DNA of 58,427 bases, counting the filler, from Sphacelaria rigidula (lineage: Eukaryota), in assembly GCA_964200075.2 (NCBI GenBank). It is 10 parts of 10 records of this genome, joined end to end, with 100 filler letters (N's around TTAATTAATTAA, not from the genome) between each part and the next. Parts side by side here need not be neighbours in the genome. Positions count along the whole stretch, not along the records: positions 23,413 to 29,165 come from CAXNAA020024722.1; positions 29,266 to 35,018 come from CAXNAA020024723.1; positions 35,119 to 40,871 come from CAXNAA020024724.1; 7 more parts are not named here. One strand, given 5' to 3'. Numbering within the stretch: the stretch's first letter is position 1; each line of letters starts with the position of its first letter. The translations under genes were made by a program, and so were the position numbers. The notes below the pieces were generated by a model that did no database searches, was not told where the DNA came from, and saw only the letters and a list, made by a program, of their open reading frames with translations. Shown piece by piece: positions 25,240 to 38,500 of this stretch.

Positions 25240-26179
25240 ACGCATTCAAGTATTCCGTTAAGTTGCTCTCGTGCAAATCTCAAGGTCAAACCTTGAAAAA
25301 ATTCGGCCTCGACCTACGGGGGGATGTATTTTGTCATGGACAGCTCTATGTTGCTGTAAGTAGAACTACATGCAGCGACAACATCCTTTGCCTGGTCAAC
25401 AAAGATCGCCTTTTGGATGGTGTCCCACACGTCCTCAACGTTGTCTATTTGGAGTTTATCGTCGCTGCCACAGGGCAACCTCCTCCGGTCCTTCATATTG
25501 AAGTGTCTCGTCACAGTCATATTTTAGCAACATCACCGCTTCAGGCAACAATAATAGTGGTGGTGATAAAGATAGCAGTGACAAAATCAACGACAGCGGC
25601 GACAGTGACAGCAGCCGTGGCCGCCACGATGACGATATTCATGATGACGATGATCAGCGACATATGCCAGGATCTTGGGAATTAGTCAATGGAATTGGGG
25701 ACGGAGCTTGCTTGCGACGATGCATTGCCGGTCATGCTTTCAACGACTCTAATGCGCATACATTAGTAAGAATGCAACTTACCCAACATGTGCACATGTC
25801 CAATCACCTCCATGATCAAATTCCGAATTCTGGGGAAATTACTCTGCAAGCTTCAATCTCTGCTGGAACCCACACGGATTGCTGGTTGTCCCGACCAAAC
25901 ATACAAAAGCGTTCAGCATTACCTTCAGCTCATGCCGCATCCTTACGCATATGCCGCTCATGTCGAAATTGTCGCTGCCCAACAATTGTTCAACATCAAC
26001 ATCCGTGTTACTCAAGGTGGTGATCCTTATCCGGACCACCATCCGATAACACATATGCGACGTTTTGTACGGCCACGATCACTAGGATAAATTCAAATAC
26101 AACAGCCTTTCCTAACCATTTTTTTGCGACTTGCGTCACCCCCGGGAGGCCCGTGCCAACCTCGCGAAGGGGAACCTTG
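25240..26179 (+). mobile_element. Helitron 3' fragment (PIF1 helicase end + OTU + terminus)
   Basis: KSQGQTL..VFCHGQLYVAVSR (PIF1 motifs V/VI); short hairpin CCTC-GCGAA-GGGG, then CTTG|T and a (TA)n tract. Confidence 0.85.
25670..26095 (+). pseudogene. OTU cysteine protease domain, frameshifted
   Basis: GDGACLRRCIA (catalytic Cys box), YLQLM..YAAHVEIVAAQQLFNINIRV, VLYGHDH*D (HYD box with Tyr changed to stop). Confidence 0.8.
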
Positions 26180-28124
26180 TACATATATATATATATGTGT
26201 GCGTGTGTGTGATTTTTGTCAGTAGAATCTGTGAAATACCTCAGTTTGAGTTCGGTGCACGAATACGTCACATTAGTATGCTTGAACTTAGAGTGGCGCA
26301 CTAGTATACTTGAAATTAGAGGAGTGCACTGTTTTGGCGGGCTGAATCATCAACATTATTACACTTGGCGAGCGTAGGAAGCCACGCTATACGGCCGGCG
26401 ACAACGATATGGCAGAGCACGTGAAAATCCCGTCGCCACATGTGGAAGCGCTGAAAAACGACCCATATGCAATTCACGTTCAGCTGGAAGAGGTGGCTGA
26501 GAAGCACGGCCAGGACGCTGCCAGGCGTTTCGCTGAAAAAGCTACAAGAGCGGTTGGGGCAGCCCATTGCCCCCCAGCGCACATCGCCCCCCCAGCTCGC
26601 TTACCAAACGTCAACACAGTAACCGCGGCAAGTGAAAACGCTGCGAGGCACGCAGGATTATGTAGGAGACACCAGTCGGACGTGATTGCAAGCGTCCAGA
26701 CAGGCGATATACTAGCAAACGGTCGACAACCGACCGGGACAGCCTTTCGCAACCAGCCTAACCCAACTACAAATGCAGTCAGTAAATACACTTCACCACA
26801 GTCCAGTATAACTGAATAACGATGTTACGGTCTTCCATGCAAGAAGACAGAAGGTATGCAATATCATTGCATGAAACCCCAACGCCGCCCACGAGGACAG
26901 ACGGTCCAAACGCAATAGCGCCAGCCGGAGTAATACACCTCACGCAGCGCAAAGTACGGTTGTGCAACGTTCAGGCATGACCAACCCCCAGTACAGAGGT
27001 GGTGTCGTGGAAACGTACAGCCCAAAGCACAGGATAAAATATGCCGTAAGGTCACAGCCTACACAGTGACAGCCTGTGTCGGATATGCCAAAGTAGCGCC
27101 CCCCGCCTACGCTGCACCAGGAGTATGTATAATGACGGGGTACATGACATCCTCGTCGCCGTTATGGAATGATCAAACCGTAGAATGGTGTCGTATGAAC
27201 GCGTACGACAGAGTACAGTAGCGTGCATGACATGAGTTTACCCTGGACACAAGCTGAAAATATCATGATCACACGCAGTACAGAGGAGTAGGTGAACACA
27301 TCCCCACAGGGCCTGACGGCGACTGTCTGCGAATACAGACAGTGGACGGGGGCATAAGTGAGGTAAATGTGCCGTCGGTGTCGCCTTTGTTATCGCAACT
27401 TAGCGCAGGCTTGCTGTGATGCGGTGCAAAGCATTGACTGCAGGTGCGGCGTGGAGATTGCTCTACGAAAGGTCAGCCGTGCACTCTGGCCGGGGTTAGA
27501 AAACACCGACGGGTCGAACAATTTGTCATACCCGTAAAATAGAGAACCTTCGAACCTTCTTTTCTTCCACATTCCATTCGCACGGGTATGAAAAACACGC
27601 TTTTGGCGAATCTTTTGCTCGAAGGCTGTAGAAAACCAACCATTTCTTGCCCGAGAAAACGTCAAATGTAAATCGTCAATTTTCCATCAACGGTTCCAAA
27701 AGGGTTAATATTACTAGTACAAGACAGGACAGAAGTATAAGCAGTGCAGCGCATACGCGATATTGATCTTCCTACACTTGAGTTTTTGTACAGACATGAC
27801 TGTATTGTCGTATTGCCCTGTAGCGCAGTATACTTATCGCACTGTCTGTGGTAGTTTCGGTAGCGTGGTCCGCGTTGCCGCTAATTTTTTAGTCCCTCTA
27901 CTTGTCTCCAATACTCCATACAATACTCAATAGTCCTTTTCACGCAAGAAAGTATTGGGCGCTCTACAGTATGCTGAAAACCGAAATATGGGCACAATTC
28001 GGAGCTATCGTGTGCGGGGGAATAGAAACTACACGTTTTTGTTGTTGGTCACGATTCGTTCTCACAGTCAAGATAGTCTGTGAAGTGATTTTACGAAGTC
28101 ACCAACGGTCAGGGTTGCTGATAT

Positions 28125-28673
28125 TACTTACCCAATATTTGGGTAGAGTAGTTGAGCTCGTATGCAGCCTACCTAGATTCTGCGCAGAGTGTTTAAGGTC
28201 GTACCGATATATACCACAATTTTGGGTAGAGTATTGAGATCATACCCAAGTGATACTCTACACCCGAGTATTGCTGAGAGTGAACACCCAAATTTGGATA
28301 GAGTGTTCGAGATTGTACCCAGGTTACCGAACTTTCGGGTAGAGTATCGAGGCCGTTACTCTATACCCGGGTATTGCTCAGAGTACTAACCCAAATTTTG
28401 GGTGGAGTAATTTAGATCGAACCGAACCTACCCAAATTTTGAGTAGAGTATTTGAGGTCGTACTCAATCTACCCAAATTTTCGGTAGAGTATTTGAGGTT
28501 GTACTCAATCTACCAAAATTTTGGGTGGAGTAATTGAGGTCGAACCCAACCTAACCAAATTTTGGGTGGAGTATTTGAGGTCGAACTCGATCTACCCGAA
28601 CCTTGGGTGGAGTAAATACCCGGGTATCTTACCCGGGTACTCAAGAGTACATACTTTACCCTACCTGCCCTTG
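28125..28673. repeat. Degenerate 41-bp tandem array in a hAT-MITE-like element
   Basis: Repeated TACCCAAATTTTGGGTAGAGTA core; period 41 (28451, 28492); ends TTTACCCTA..CCCTTG like the MITE at 13353-13586. Confidence 0.8.
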
Positions 28674-29165
28674 GAACACTTACGTTCGAGGTTGGCATTT
28701 AAGAGACATCCCCTCCACATACATATCTGCCCTGTGCGCAGACTTTTATTGATGCACAAACGCGAAACCCGAGTGCAAATTGACCACATTCGGGCCAGCT
28801 GATCGTTTTTCGGGCGTTTGTACACGAAGGGTGATGGTGCGCGAAAAAAACACAATCAACTAGAAAAACGCCGAAGATTGGCGGTGGGTTTGTGGGTACG
28901 GGTACATTTATGAGTCAACACTAATTTCAAGCAATGGAATATTTTTTACCGGTATCACTACATGATAAGCACATTCATGGCACAAACGTGATTGTAGTAT
29001 GCAATTCGCCCCGGTGGTATAATGATCCGACTGTCGCCATTAGGGTGGAGAGAGGGGGGTCCGATTCCCGATGCGTTGAGTTTTTTCTTCGTAATGAATG
29101 ATTCCCACCGTGGAAAGCGTGAGAACGTGAGTAAAAGAAGTAGTCGACTGGGTTTGTGTGACGTG

Positions 29166-29265
29166 NNNNNNNNNNNNNNNNNNNNNNNNNNNNNNNNNNN
29201 NNNNNNNNNTTAATTAATTAANNNNNNNNNNNNNNNNNNNNNNNNNNNNNNNNNNNNNNNNNNNN
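29166..29265. other. Artificial contig linker
   Basis: N44-TTAATTAATTAA-N44. Confidence 0.99.
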
Positions 29266-29619
29266 TGTAGGGACGCGACGTCAATGGTCTCATGACTATG
29301 GCATGCATGATCATGAGTACGTTCCCCCGATACACGCCCTTTACATATTGGTATCAGGGGTTGGATCATGACCAACACTTTCGCTCCGCCTCGACTCTCG
29401 CTAGAACAAATTGCCACTCCCTCACGTCCTCACGTTCCTAACGACGGCAACCCGATCCTTCTCGGGGGATAAAAAAGAACGGAACACGTATGCCGGAAAT
29501 CGAACGCGTAATCTTCCGATCCTATCGACTTCTTAAATTGTTCATCACGTAGATCACCGGGATGTGGCGGCAAGACTACATGCAAGTTACAACATGCATT
29601 GTATAACCACCGTACGCAC

Positions 29620-29707
29620 CTCAGCTCTTCCGAATAGTCGGCATCAGTTCCGCCCTCGCTGCAGAAGGCTGTCAGCTCAGTATCGCCTTCATCCATCCCC
29701 CCCCCAC
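29620..29707 (-). CDS. Exon 2 of a putative secreted protein
   Basis: TAG| GGGGMDEGDTELTAFCSEGGTDADYSEEL |GTGCGT; phase compatible with exon 1. Confidence 0.45.
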
Positions 29708-29933
29708 CTACGGAACAACAAGGGGATGAACACGGGAAAAGGTTATTTTGCAATCTATGGAAGAAACGTGATGAGCGCCCGAATGTTGGACTTATCTATA
29801 TTAGGAGCAGGAACAGTGCTCCGCTTCGGAAGGGGTGCATGGTCAATGGTCAAATGACAAAGGAAGGCAACGAATGAGTCCCCTCCTCCCTCCGCCCACC
29901 TCCGCCCCAATCTCCACCCATGCCCATCTCTAC

Positions 29934-30021
29934 CTGGTTGCGCGTGAATGATGTGCGGCGCCGCTAGTGAAGCCAAACAAGCGCCCGCGCGCATCGCCGC
30001 TAAACTCCGATGTAGACGCAT
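29934..30021 (-). CDS. Exon 1 of a putative secreted protein
   Basis: ATG at 30021; MRLHRSLAAMRAGACLASLAAPHIIHAQP looks signal-peptide-like; donor CAG|GTAGAG, phase 1; 226-nt intron. Confidence 0.45.
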
Positions 30022-30261
30022 GGTCTCTAGACTTGCCCGAAGCAATGCTTGCCATTGGTGACGATGATTAACGGCGGGGAGGCGGGGGGGGGGGGCGAAG
30101 GAACCGAGAATAAGTTGCGAATATGTGGGAGGGAACAGATACGGTAAGCAGTTAAAAGAAGATCTTTAGGGAACTATTGCGGGAGACCAAGTGTATGGGA
30201 CCGCGGTATCATGATGATGCGTCTGTGCCGCACGCAGCTTGCGGCAGTTCCGTCCTATCAG

Positions 30262-30700
30262 AGCCGATCATCGAGATTGAGGATGGAGGTTTTCATAAAG
30301 GATGAGAACCAGAAGTTTTTCAAATCTTCGTACCCACATCAAATCTTCGAGATATGGTTCCATTGCTGCACCTACTGGTAGTTATTGACAACTACTACAC
30401 GTCATACGAATTTGGATTCCGATAACCGAAATGTTGGGGTCCTCGGTGAAGAACCAAGCTCGGGGAATCTCGGCGATCCGATCGAATAGCCGAAATTCCC
30501 CAAGATGGTTCCTCCATCTAGGACCCCAACATTTCGGTCATCGAAATCCAAATTTGTAGGGCGTGTATTAGTTGTCAATAGCTACCGGTAGGTGAAGGAA
30601 TGGAATCATATTTCGAAGGTTTGATGTGGATGAGAAGATTTTAATCCTCTGGGTTTATATCCTCAATGAAAACCTCAATCCTCAACTTCGATGATGGGCT
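30262..30700. repeat. ~440-bp near-perfect palindrome without spacer
   Basis: Centre CGATCG at 30479-30484; 30346-30443 matches the reverse complement of 30520-30617 with 12 differences in 98 nt. Confidence 0.95.
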
Positions 30701-32879
30701 GTTTAATGGCGCCTCCGGCCATGTTTTGTTACGATTGAAAGGTGCGTGGGAGTGCATACGTATGTTATGCGCGTTGTTGTCTGGGAGTCGCATGCTGTCG
30801 TCGCTGTGCTCTTTTTTTTCTTTCTGTGTTGGGGAGTTTGCGACAGTGAGACGTCTGCGGGAATATCGATATCTTGAGGGACTACATGCACAGGCGCCGG
30901 CAACATGCCACCGGCCCAGACAGAAAGCCACCCAAGAGGAATTTGGGGGAAGTTGATGAGACCGCTTTAGTTCAAACAAAAAAAACAGGTGTACCTATGT
31001 CTGGTAGATGGGAATACCAGAAACTCTGGCGAGATGGACAGCCTTATGGCCTCGTGAGGTAGATGCACAAGCTTCGATTATTTGGTTCCCCTCCCGCCCG
31101 TAACATCCGTATCGCTGAAGTATTGTCTGTACCGCAACGTTAGGTGTGCTTTCTGACTAAGACTACCCCGAGGCACGTGCGTGATAGCGCAGGGCGGGAC
31201 GTTTGTAGCTGTTCCGCACGGTTTAATCGGGGATATTGTCCAGCCTCCGAATTTGTAGAACACGCGGATCATTGTTGCAAAAACCGTAATCTTGAGTACC
31301 CGTAACGGTGGGCGCAAGCTCCCGCGCACGCGATATATGCTCCCGTCACGACAAAAGGCAAACCCCTTGATGCAAAAGTCGCCTGCCGTTTGCTACTGAA
31401 GCTCAAGCAATCGAGGAAAAGTGTCAAGCCTGAAACGTTTGCTCGCTGCATGTCCCAGCTTTGCCATACAGCAGTCATTGTGATGTGTGTTATTTCTCGC
31501 TTTTATTCTATCTATAGTTTTGGAGTAGACTCCCGTTCACCTGACATCAGAAGCCCGACCACCGCCGGACCACACAACAAAGCACTCTGCCTGTATACCC
31601 TTTCAAGGATAGGAGAGACAAAAGTGTTGATTGATATCACCCCTTTCACTGAGAGACCCACCCTCGCAATCCTGCAATCAACATGCGGGTAAAAATGGCT
31701 TCGGCTGCTACGGCACTGCCGCTTTGACACAGGGTGCGGGTCGTACATATTTCCACGTAATGAAATCATCGCGTACGCATTTTTGCAGCACTGCGTGGTG
31801 CGCATGTCTTTTTTGCGCATACCCGGCCCTCAACACTTCATTTTAAAAGCCGTGAATGTCCCAGATATAAAGAGAGGGTGGCGGACCCCAGCCTCGTCGC
31901 TGCCGGCGGCGTGCGCCGAAAGACCGAAATACCTGGCCGAACGCCTTTCTACAACGTTAGTGTAAATACGTGCGCCTGGTGTGTGTAACGTTGCTCTAGC
32001 GCTTTCCGTACTGTACCGCGGTGCATTTGTTTCGTACATATGCACGTATGCGTGATTTTGCTCCATGCTGTTGTGGGAATTCAACCTCGCCGCTTCGAAA
32101 AGATCGAGAACGCGCGGTTCTGATAATATATCCTCTTCGGGCGGCGACAGTTCGCAAAACGTTTCAGTCGTCATGTCTGCACTTGATGCTGCGACTGTAC
32201 TGAAGGGTGCTTGTGTGATATGTATGTGATAGTGCCCCTTTTAAACGGGGTTGTTCTTTCATTCTTTTTGCCCGTTCTTCCATTTATACTGTCCATATTT
32301 CCCCTTTCGTTTATGCCACGTTACACGATCTGGACATGGGCACCGCAGCGAATCGGCACTGCTTCCTATTGCTTCATGGACTGGCGAACGCAAAGCCCCG
32401 GTGCTGCACAAACCACGACTATGCAGCACGGTACTGTAGCCATGACTTTGTCCTCCCGGGGGCTGACTATGATAATTATGGGCACTCGTCGTGCTGCTAC
32501 GATCATGATGATACACTGATCTTGCCCGAGCTGCCTGGGAGTGCTACCTTCTCGATCTTCCAACAAGATACATTTGAAAACCCCCCACCAGCCGCTTGCG
32601 ACTGTAATTCCTCGAAGGCCTCACACATGCTGGAAGGGCAGGGCTTTCTAACCAAGACCTTAGTCTTGAGGTTTTGCGCATCTCGCGAGGGGCCACCGGG
32701 GCCACGCGCGCAAACCCTGCCGACTCACTGATGGCACTAAAACAAGGACCGTTGCAGCACTGCTGTTAAGGATCAAATTTGGGAGTTTTTGTACCAAGAA
32801 GAATCCATCCCGTGAGCATGGCTTGAACTGCTGACTGCCACACGCGTCGGAACATTTCCGCCAGCTGACAGTCTAGGGA

Positions 32880-33420
32880 TTTCCATGGAGGGGGTGGGGT
32901 GGGTGGGGTGGGGTGGAGGTACACATGATCTTGCATGCCGTTGTCATTTGTAGTTTGACCGTCGACTTCGCATCCCTACAAAGTCGGAACGAAGGACGCC
33001 GGGCTTCCACCGGGCTAGGCTCGCAATTAATCACCAAGCGCGAAGCGCCGTCATGTATTCGGCGTGTACCATGAAGGGTGAGCTGCATCCTGCTAAGGTC
33101 GTTCGGCCCGAAGCGTACGAAGTATCGTTGATGACAGTTTCCAATGTTGGCTTCATTTTTCCGGTGTTGCCACTTCCAGAGGTAGCCATGGATTCCACAC
33201 TGCCTCCTGCGTGTCTCATCCTTTATGAGCTACGTAGTGTGATCATCCCCTTTGCGCGGAGTTGAGGTTCTCCCATCCCTCACAATGTGATCTAGCTCGA
33301 TCATCATCATGGTACCGCAAAAGTACGCAAGCGACAATAGCCCCGGTAACCTGGTCGCCTAGCTTGCCCAGGCAGTGCGTGTGTTACAGCGCCATTGCCA
33401 GCCGACGCCAACCTCTTGAT
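32880..33420 (+). repeat. Copy of dispersed repeat family A
   Basis: Same core; another 5' fragment follows at ~33460-33600. Confidence 0.85.
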
Positions 33421-34895
33421 GGGAGGGGGGGGGGGTTCTCATTTGTTGCTTGCTTTACAATAGTCGTTTGACCGTTGACCACGCATCCCTTTCGAGACGG
33501 AGCACCGTAGAAACGGCCATACCACGTCGACAGCACCACATCCTGCCTGGAGAGGGGGGGGGGGTGTACTCATGGAGAGGGGTTGGGGGGGGGAGGGATC
33601 CCAGAGTTTTTGGAAAAGCTGAGTGATGCCACGGCAGGGGTACGTTTGCAGTCCAAAAGCATCCTGAGGGTGCATAGAAAGGCCCAGACATTTGTCAGAG
33701 AGGTGCTGCAGCAAAGAGCCTCAGAAAAAAGGTGCACTCCTACCGTGGCATTGCTTAGCTTCCAAGATCAACTATGCGCGTTTCCACAGTTTTCTAAATC
33801 GGGCAACAAGCTTGATTTCAGTATTTTGATAAATCCGATTTGTCGTCTGGCCCACGAGCTTCCCCTACAATTCGCCTCATTGATGGATATCGAACGTCCT
33901 TTTCGGTTATGTTTGCCGGATCGGTGTTAATCGGTAGTCGCTTATCGGTATAGACGTTCGGTTCCGACCTTACCGATGGCAACGCCTTCCGCCACAGGTT
34001 GAATGGCTGAGAGACTCCAGATATTATAGGCTTCCGATGTTTTTAGCTTTGAAGGCAACTGGGCATGCTGGAGCATTGTTCCTTTGAGCGGGTGAATGTC
34101 ACTTGTCATCTGGAAGCGCAAGGGGTGTGGCGAGACAAACCAAATCCATCGCAACCTCAACAGGAGCAGATGCGCTAGCCTTAGCCTCAATCCCTGCCTC
34201 AGCTCAAGCCCACGTTGTGGGACCTTCATATTCCAGGGTTCGGTGCAGAGTGCGGTGCAGAGTGGGAGCGGGAGTGCTGTAGGTGGTGCGTCGCAAGACG
34301 CCGGTACCGGAGTACGCACAAAACGTTCCGCAATCTCGACAGCTAGCTTTACGATAAAGGAGACATGGAAAAGACGTGTCGTCGAGAACAGCATTTTCTG
34401 TTCGCTCTGCGATCATTCAGTGATTCTGGACGTTTGTAGTACTGTGCACTTTTGCGCTGCGGCGATTCTGCATCATTCGAGTAGCGCTGTGCCTTCCGAA
34501 CTGCTGCATGAATGCGCAACTTGCCTGCAGGTCTGTGACAATGAAACCACCTTGAGTACGATCCAGGAGCGCAGAGGCGAGCGTCTGACGAAAGGCAATA
34601 CCTCCTCTGTCCGGTAAGTCTGATCGGTTATGGGTGGCTTTTTGTTCGGGTGCAGTGGTGTTGACGATGGCCTTGTAGATGCGTTCTAAGGAACGATAAA
34701 GCGCACACGAAGCTGATGAAATAAAATAACCTCGTTTGAATACTCAAATCAGGTCAGAATATACCCCATTTTGGTCTTGATTTTGAGAATCCTATGAAAC
34801 TTATTTCGATAATTACTTTGAGAACGCGTCTTAATCATCCCATACCTAGCCCATGGACATCACAACACGATGGACTTGCCTGCGAGTACCCCCCC

Positions 34896-34932
<37 letters not shown>

Positions 34933-34950
34933 ACAAAAAAAAAAAAAAAA

Positions 34951-35005
<55 letters not shown>

Positions 35006-35018
35006 CTTTGTGTTTTTT

Positions 35019-35118
35019 NNNNNNNNNNNNNNNNNNNNNNNNNNNNNNNNNNNNNNNNNNNNTTAATTAATTAANNNNNNNNNNNNNNNNNNNNNNNNNN
35101 NNNNNNNNNNNNNNNNNN
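35019..35118. other. Artificial contig linker
   Basis: N44-TTAATTAATTAA-N44. Confidence 0.99.
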
Positions 35119-35559
35119 GAAGTTGCTGCAAACGAGCCCAATAGTGAGATCGCAGTCGGTTCGTTGGATGGTGCCGGTGCACTTTTTGTGGGGGGGCTAT
35201 CTCGGAATGAGTCTGATGTCCAAGTTCATGTGCGTCAGGAGGGGGCGTACCCATTCGTTTTACGCGTTAGTCGTTTGACAGTGACAACGCATCCCTTTCG
35301 ATACGGAGCACCGTTCCTACTCCTCATTTAGGAGGGCAGGGCGGGGGGGGCGTACTCATTTGTCATTTAGGGCGGGTGGGGGGGGGGAGAAAAAGCACGC
35401 GAATCAGTGCATCGGCCTCTTCATCAATTATTGGGTCTCCCACATATATGACGGTCAGGGTCGGACTTTCCATGTACTGTGTGCATTACAGGCCTGGACA
35501 TGCAAACACCGAATGTCATGAGGAATACGTACCGCGCGCATAGCTCAGGCACCGACTCA

Positions 35560-38500
35560 CTTCTGTCATGCACAACTGTTCCGTTCCGCCGCCCTCACCA
35601 TTCCTTGTCTCGAAAAAAGTCGTGCGCTCTTCGGTGGTAGCCTCTCGAAGGAGAAAGCCTAGCCCCTTCTCTAGCTTCTGGCACATACCCTCCGAGTTCG
35701 ACACCACGGTCCACTGCTGGTCGTTCACCATAGTCCGCACGTATGTCTTCGTTACCGCACCCTCGCTATCCGAGGAGCTTGCCGTGGCTCGGACCGAAAT
35801 AATGGTGTTCGATGTGTACTCTGTATTCGGTTGTCACTCCGCCCTTGTCTAGGACGAGTATCATGGCACCTCCAACCCAACCGAAATGGTACCGACATTT
35901 GAACTGCTTGAAGCAGTTGTCGCTGAGTCCGGTGGCGGTGGTCATGGAAACCGCCCCGATCTTCCGAAATAAGGCCGGGATGTCTTCGCTCAGTAACCTC
36001 GACAATACGTATTGTACCCATGCATTATCTTGAGCCATGTCGTCGCTCAAGATGATGAACGAGTACGCCCACACACGCCCACCCCATCTAAACATGATAT
36101 AGCAGGGACAAATGGTCGTCGCGTCGTGGTTCCAGTGTTGGCTCTGAAAATGGTCTCGTTGCTTCACTTGCAGTCGTTCCTGGAAGTCATCAATCAACAG
36201 CACTTCTCCATTCAAAGTGAGCTTCATGTTGAAGGCGATGCGCTGCATTTTGTATTGTCTTCTGTGCATGATGAACCGGTAAAATATCTCCTTATGAAGT
36301 CCAGCATGAAGTCGTCCACTGAGTCTCTCTTTTCCGCGACGGCCTGTGGAGGATAATGGGCGACGGTTCAGGATGGGAATGGTGGGGGGGGGGGGGGGGG
36401 GGGGGGTACCGTCGATCGGGCGCGCTGTATTGGGTGGCGGTGATCCGTGTGTCTTTCACGCTCGCCCTCATCAACACGTAAATTGACACGTGATACATAG
36501 TATATTCGGAGTCTCGACCTCAAGATGGGAGTGTTTCCTTTCCCCGTGAGTCAGCGTCGCTGACTTCGGATGGTGTCTCGTGCGAGATTGACCACTCAAC
36601 GAGATCCTCACGCGATGGTAGGGGTTGCATATCTTGGTCGGGATCGTTTCCATCTGGAGCCTCCTACCTGTATGACGTGCGCAGCATATGTGTGGCGATG
36701 TTATGCCTTGCAAAGTCCATTTGAGGCTTCTCTGTCCCATCATGGTGATAATTGTTGCGTGTTGAAAAACAAATCGTGTGGTGATTAGGCTTTCTGCTGA
36801 GAACATCAATGGCTCCCCAGATTGCATTCTTTTCCCCTCAGATTGTTGCCACTCTGCACAATTTCGTTGTGAAAAGTTGGATGTCGTAAGGCCTGTAGGC
36901 TTTAATCATTTAAATCCACACCTGTCGTTTCCTCCGGTTCGATCTCGCTCGCGGGTCGTACTCGGCGTCGGCGTCGGCTCCCCCCTCCGGGCGGTTGTTC
37001 GGACGTCTTACCGCCGTCGTCGCCATCCCTTTCTCGTTTACATCGGTGTACATATTCCACCGGATCTCTCCGAGCGCCCGTCTTCCTCTCGAGTTTGCGT
37101 CCGAAGCGGCCGAAGCCTCTCCCGATGTCCCGCCCTTGTGTCGTGGGCACCCGAAGAACACATTTTGCATCCTAGTGCATTCGACGCAGCTACCGCCTAC
37201 GCACGTCGACTTGTGTGCTTCCACTCGCATTCCGTCACGCGAGGTGTACATATACCCCTTACTGCACATGTGCTTCTCGCTGAAGTTGGCCATGCCGTGG
37301 ATGGATTTACGTGAGGTGTATGGGAGGTAATTCACACACCCGCCGTCCTTGCAGAGGTTGCATTCGCACGTACAAGCGGGATCGGGGGTGAGTCCTTCAT
37401 GAAGCGTAGGCCACAGGTCGTAGAGGGCGATGGTAATGAGCTTCGCCTTGTAGCAGGTGGCGAACAGGCACGATCGATTGGACTGCTCGATAAAGTAGAA
37501 GGGGATCAAGTCGTCGAAGGCTCCTCGGCTGATGTTCTCCACCTCCACTGCACCCGCTTGAAACTGAGCGAGGATACACAAATGCAGAAGAAAAACGTCC
37601 ATGTTTGGTGACAAACCAGAAGTAGAATAATCTTCCCTCCTTCAAACTTCACGCTCCCTCCCTGTTGTCTTGGAAGGGGATGAGCAAGCGTGTATTCTTA
37701 TGTCGGTACTCTTACACCAATACTGCACATGACATTAGCTGCACATCTGGGTTCGCTGGGGACCTCCTACGTGTATGACGGGCAGGAGATCGACGATTAG
37801 GACGAGATTCACATACGAAAACATTCACTAGAGCGAGATGTCATCGCCTGCCCATTGCGGGAGATGTTAACGTCCCGCAGTCATGGATGGGGTAGAGGAT
37901 ATGTTTTCCCGAGTATAGTATGAACAACGATGCGATCGTCTATATTGTCGAGCAAGTTCCATGGTTACGCATAAACTCCTATGCGATGCCTGTGTGACAC
38001 ATGTTGTCTCACCGCCTCTTCCATCTCTGCCATGATGTCGTCGTAAAGCCTCAGCTTCGTGCCCACCAAGTACCGAACAGGCATACGAGAGCATAGCTCG
38101 GGTTTAACGCACACCAGCGAGTGGTCTGCGTCTGAGCGTTTGTGGTTGCCGGGTGAATAGTCGTGCTTCCATTTCACCTCACATGGAGACGGCGGGGTGT
38201 GAAATGTGATCCGTTCTTCAATCCAGACCAGTGCGTTGGGACACGTGACCTCCAGCCGATCTGATTGCGGCTTCCTGTCGGACACGCTGGGAGACGGCAG
38301 CATGGCATAGGTGGATGCCGAATACGCGAGGGGGGTGGATACGCATCAGAGTCTATTTTCATACACACGGGATGCTCGGCAGCCGACGCATCATCGCGAC
38401 TGAGTGTTGATGAAAGTATTCCGTCTTCAGATTGGTGGATGTTGTGATGGGTGCGTCTGCCCGTGGCACTTATGGGAGGGAATGCTGTTCGTTTACGCAT

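Noticed and set aside
26409..26819. 136-aa ORF after the Helitron end
   Set aside because: No recognisable motif or convincing splice structure.
20670..27710. piggyBac-like ends (GGGTTAA at ~20692 and ~27702, TTAACCC at ~23183)
   Set aside because: No matching partner TIR found within the same contigs.
31500..34620. Several candidate short exons (e.g. ~32547-32629 minus, 34531-34613 plus)
   Set aside because: Splice-like ends are present, but phases could not be joined and no domain was recognised.
34880..35018. Poly-C/A/T tract ORFs at the contig end
   Set aside because: Low-quality homopolymer sequence at an assembly breakpoint.
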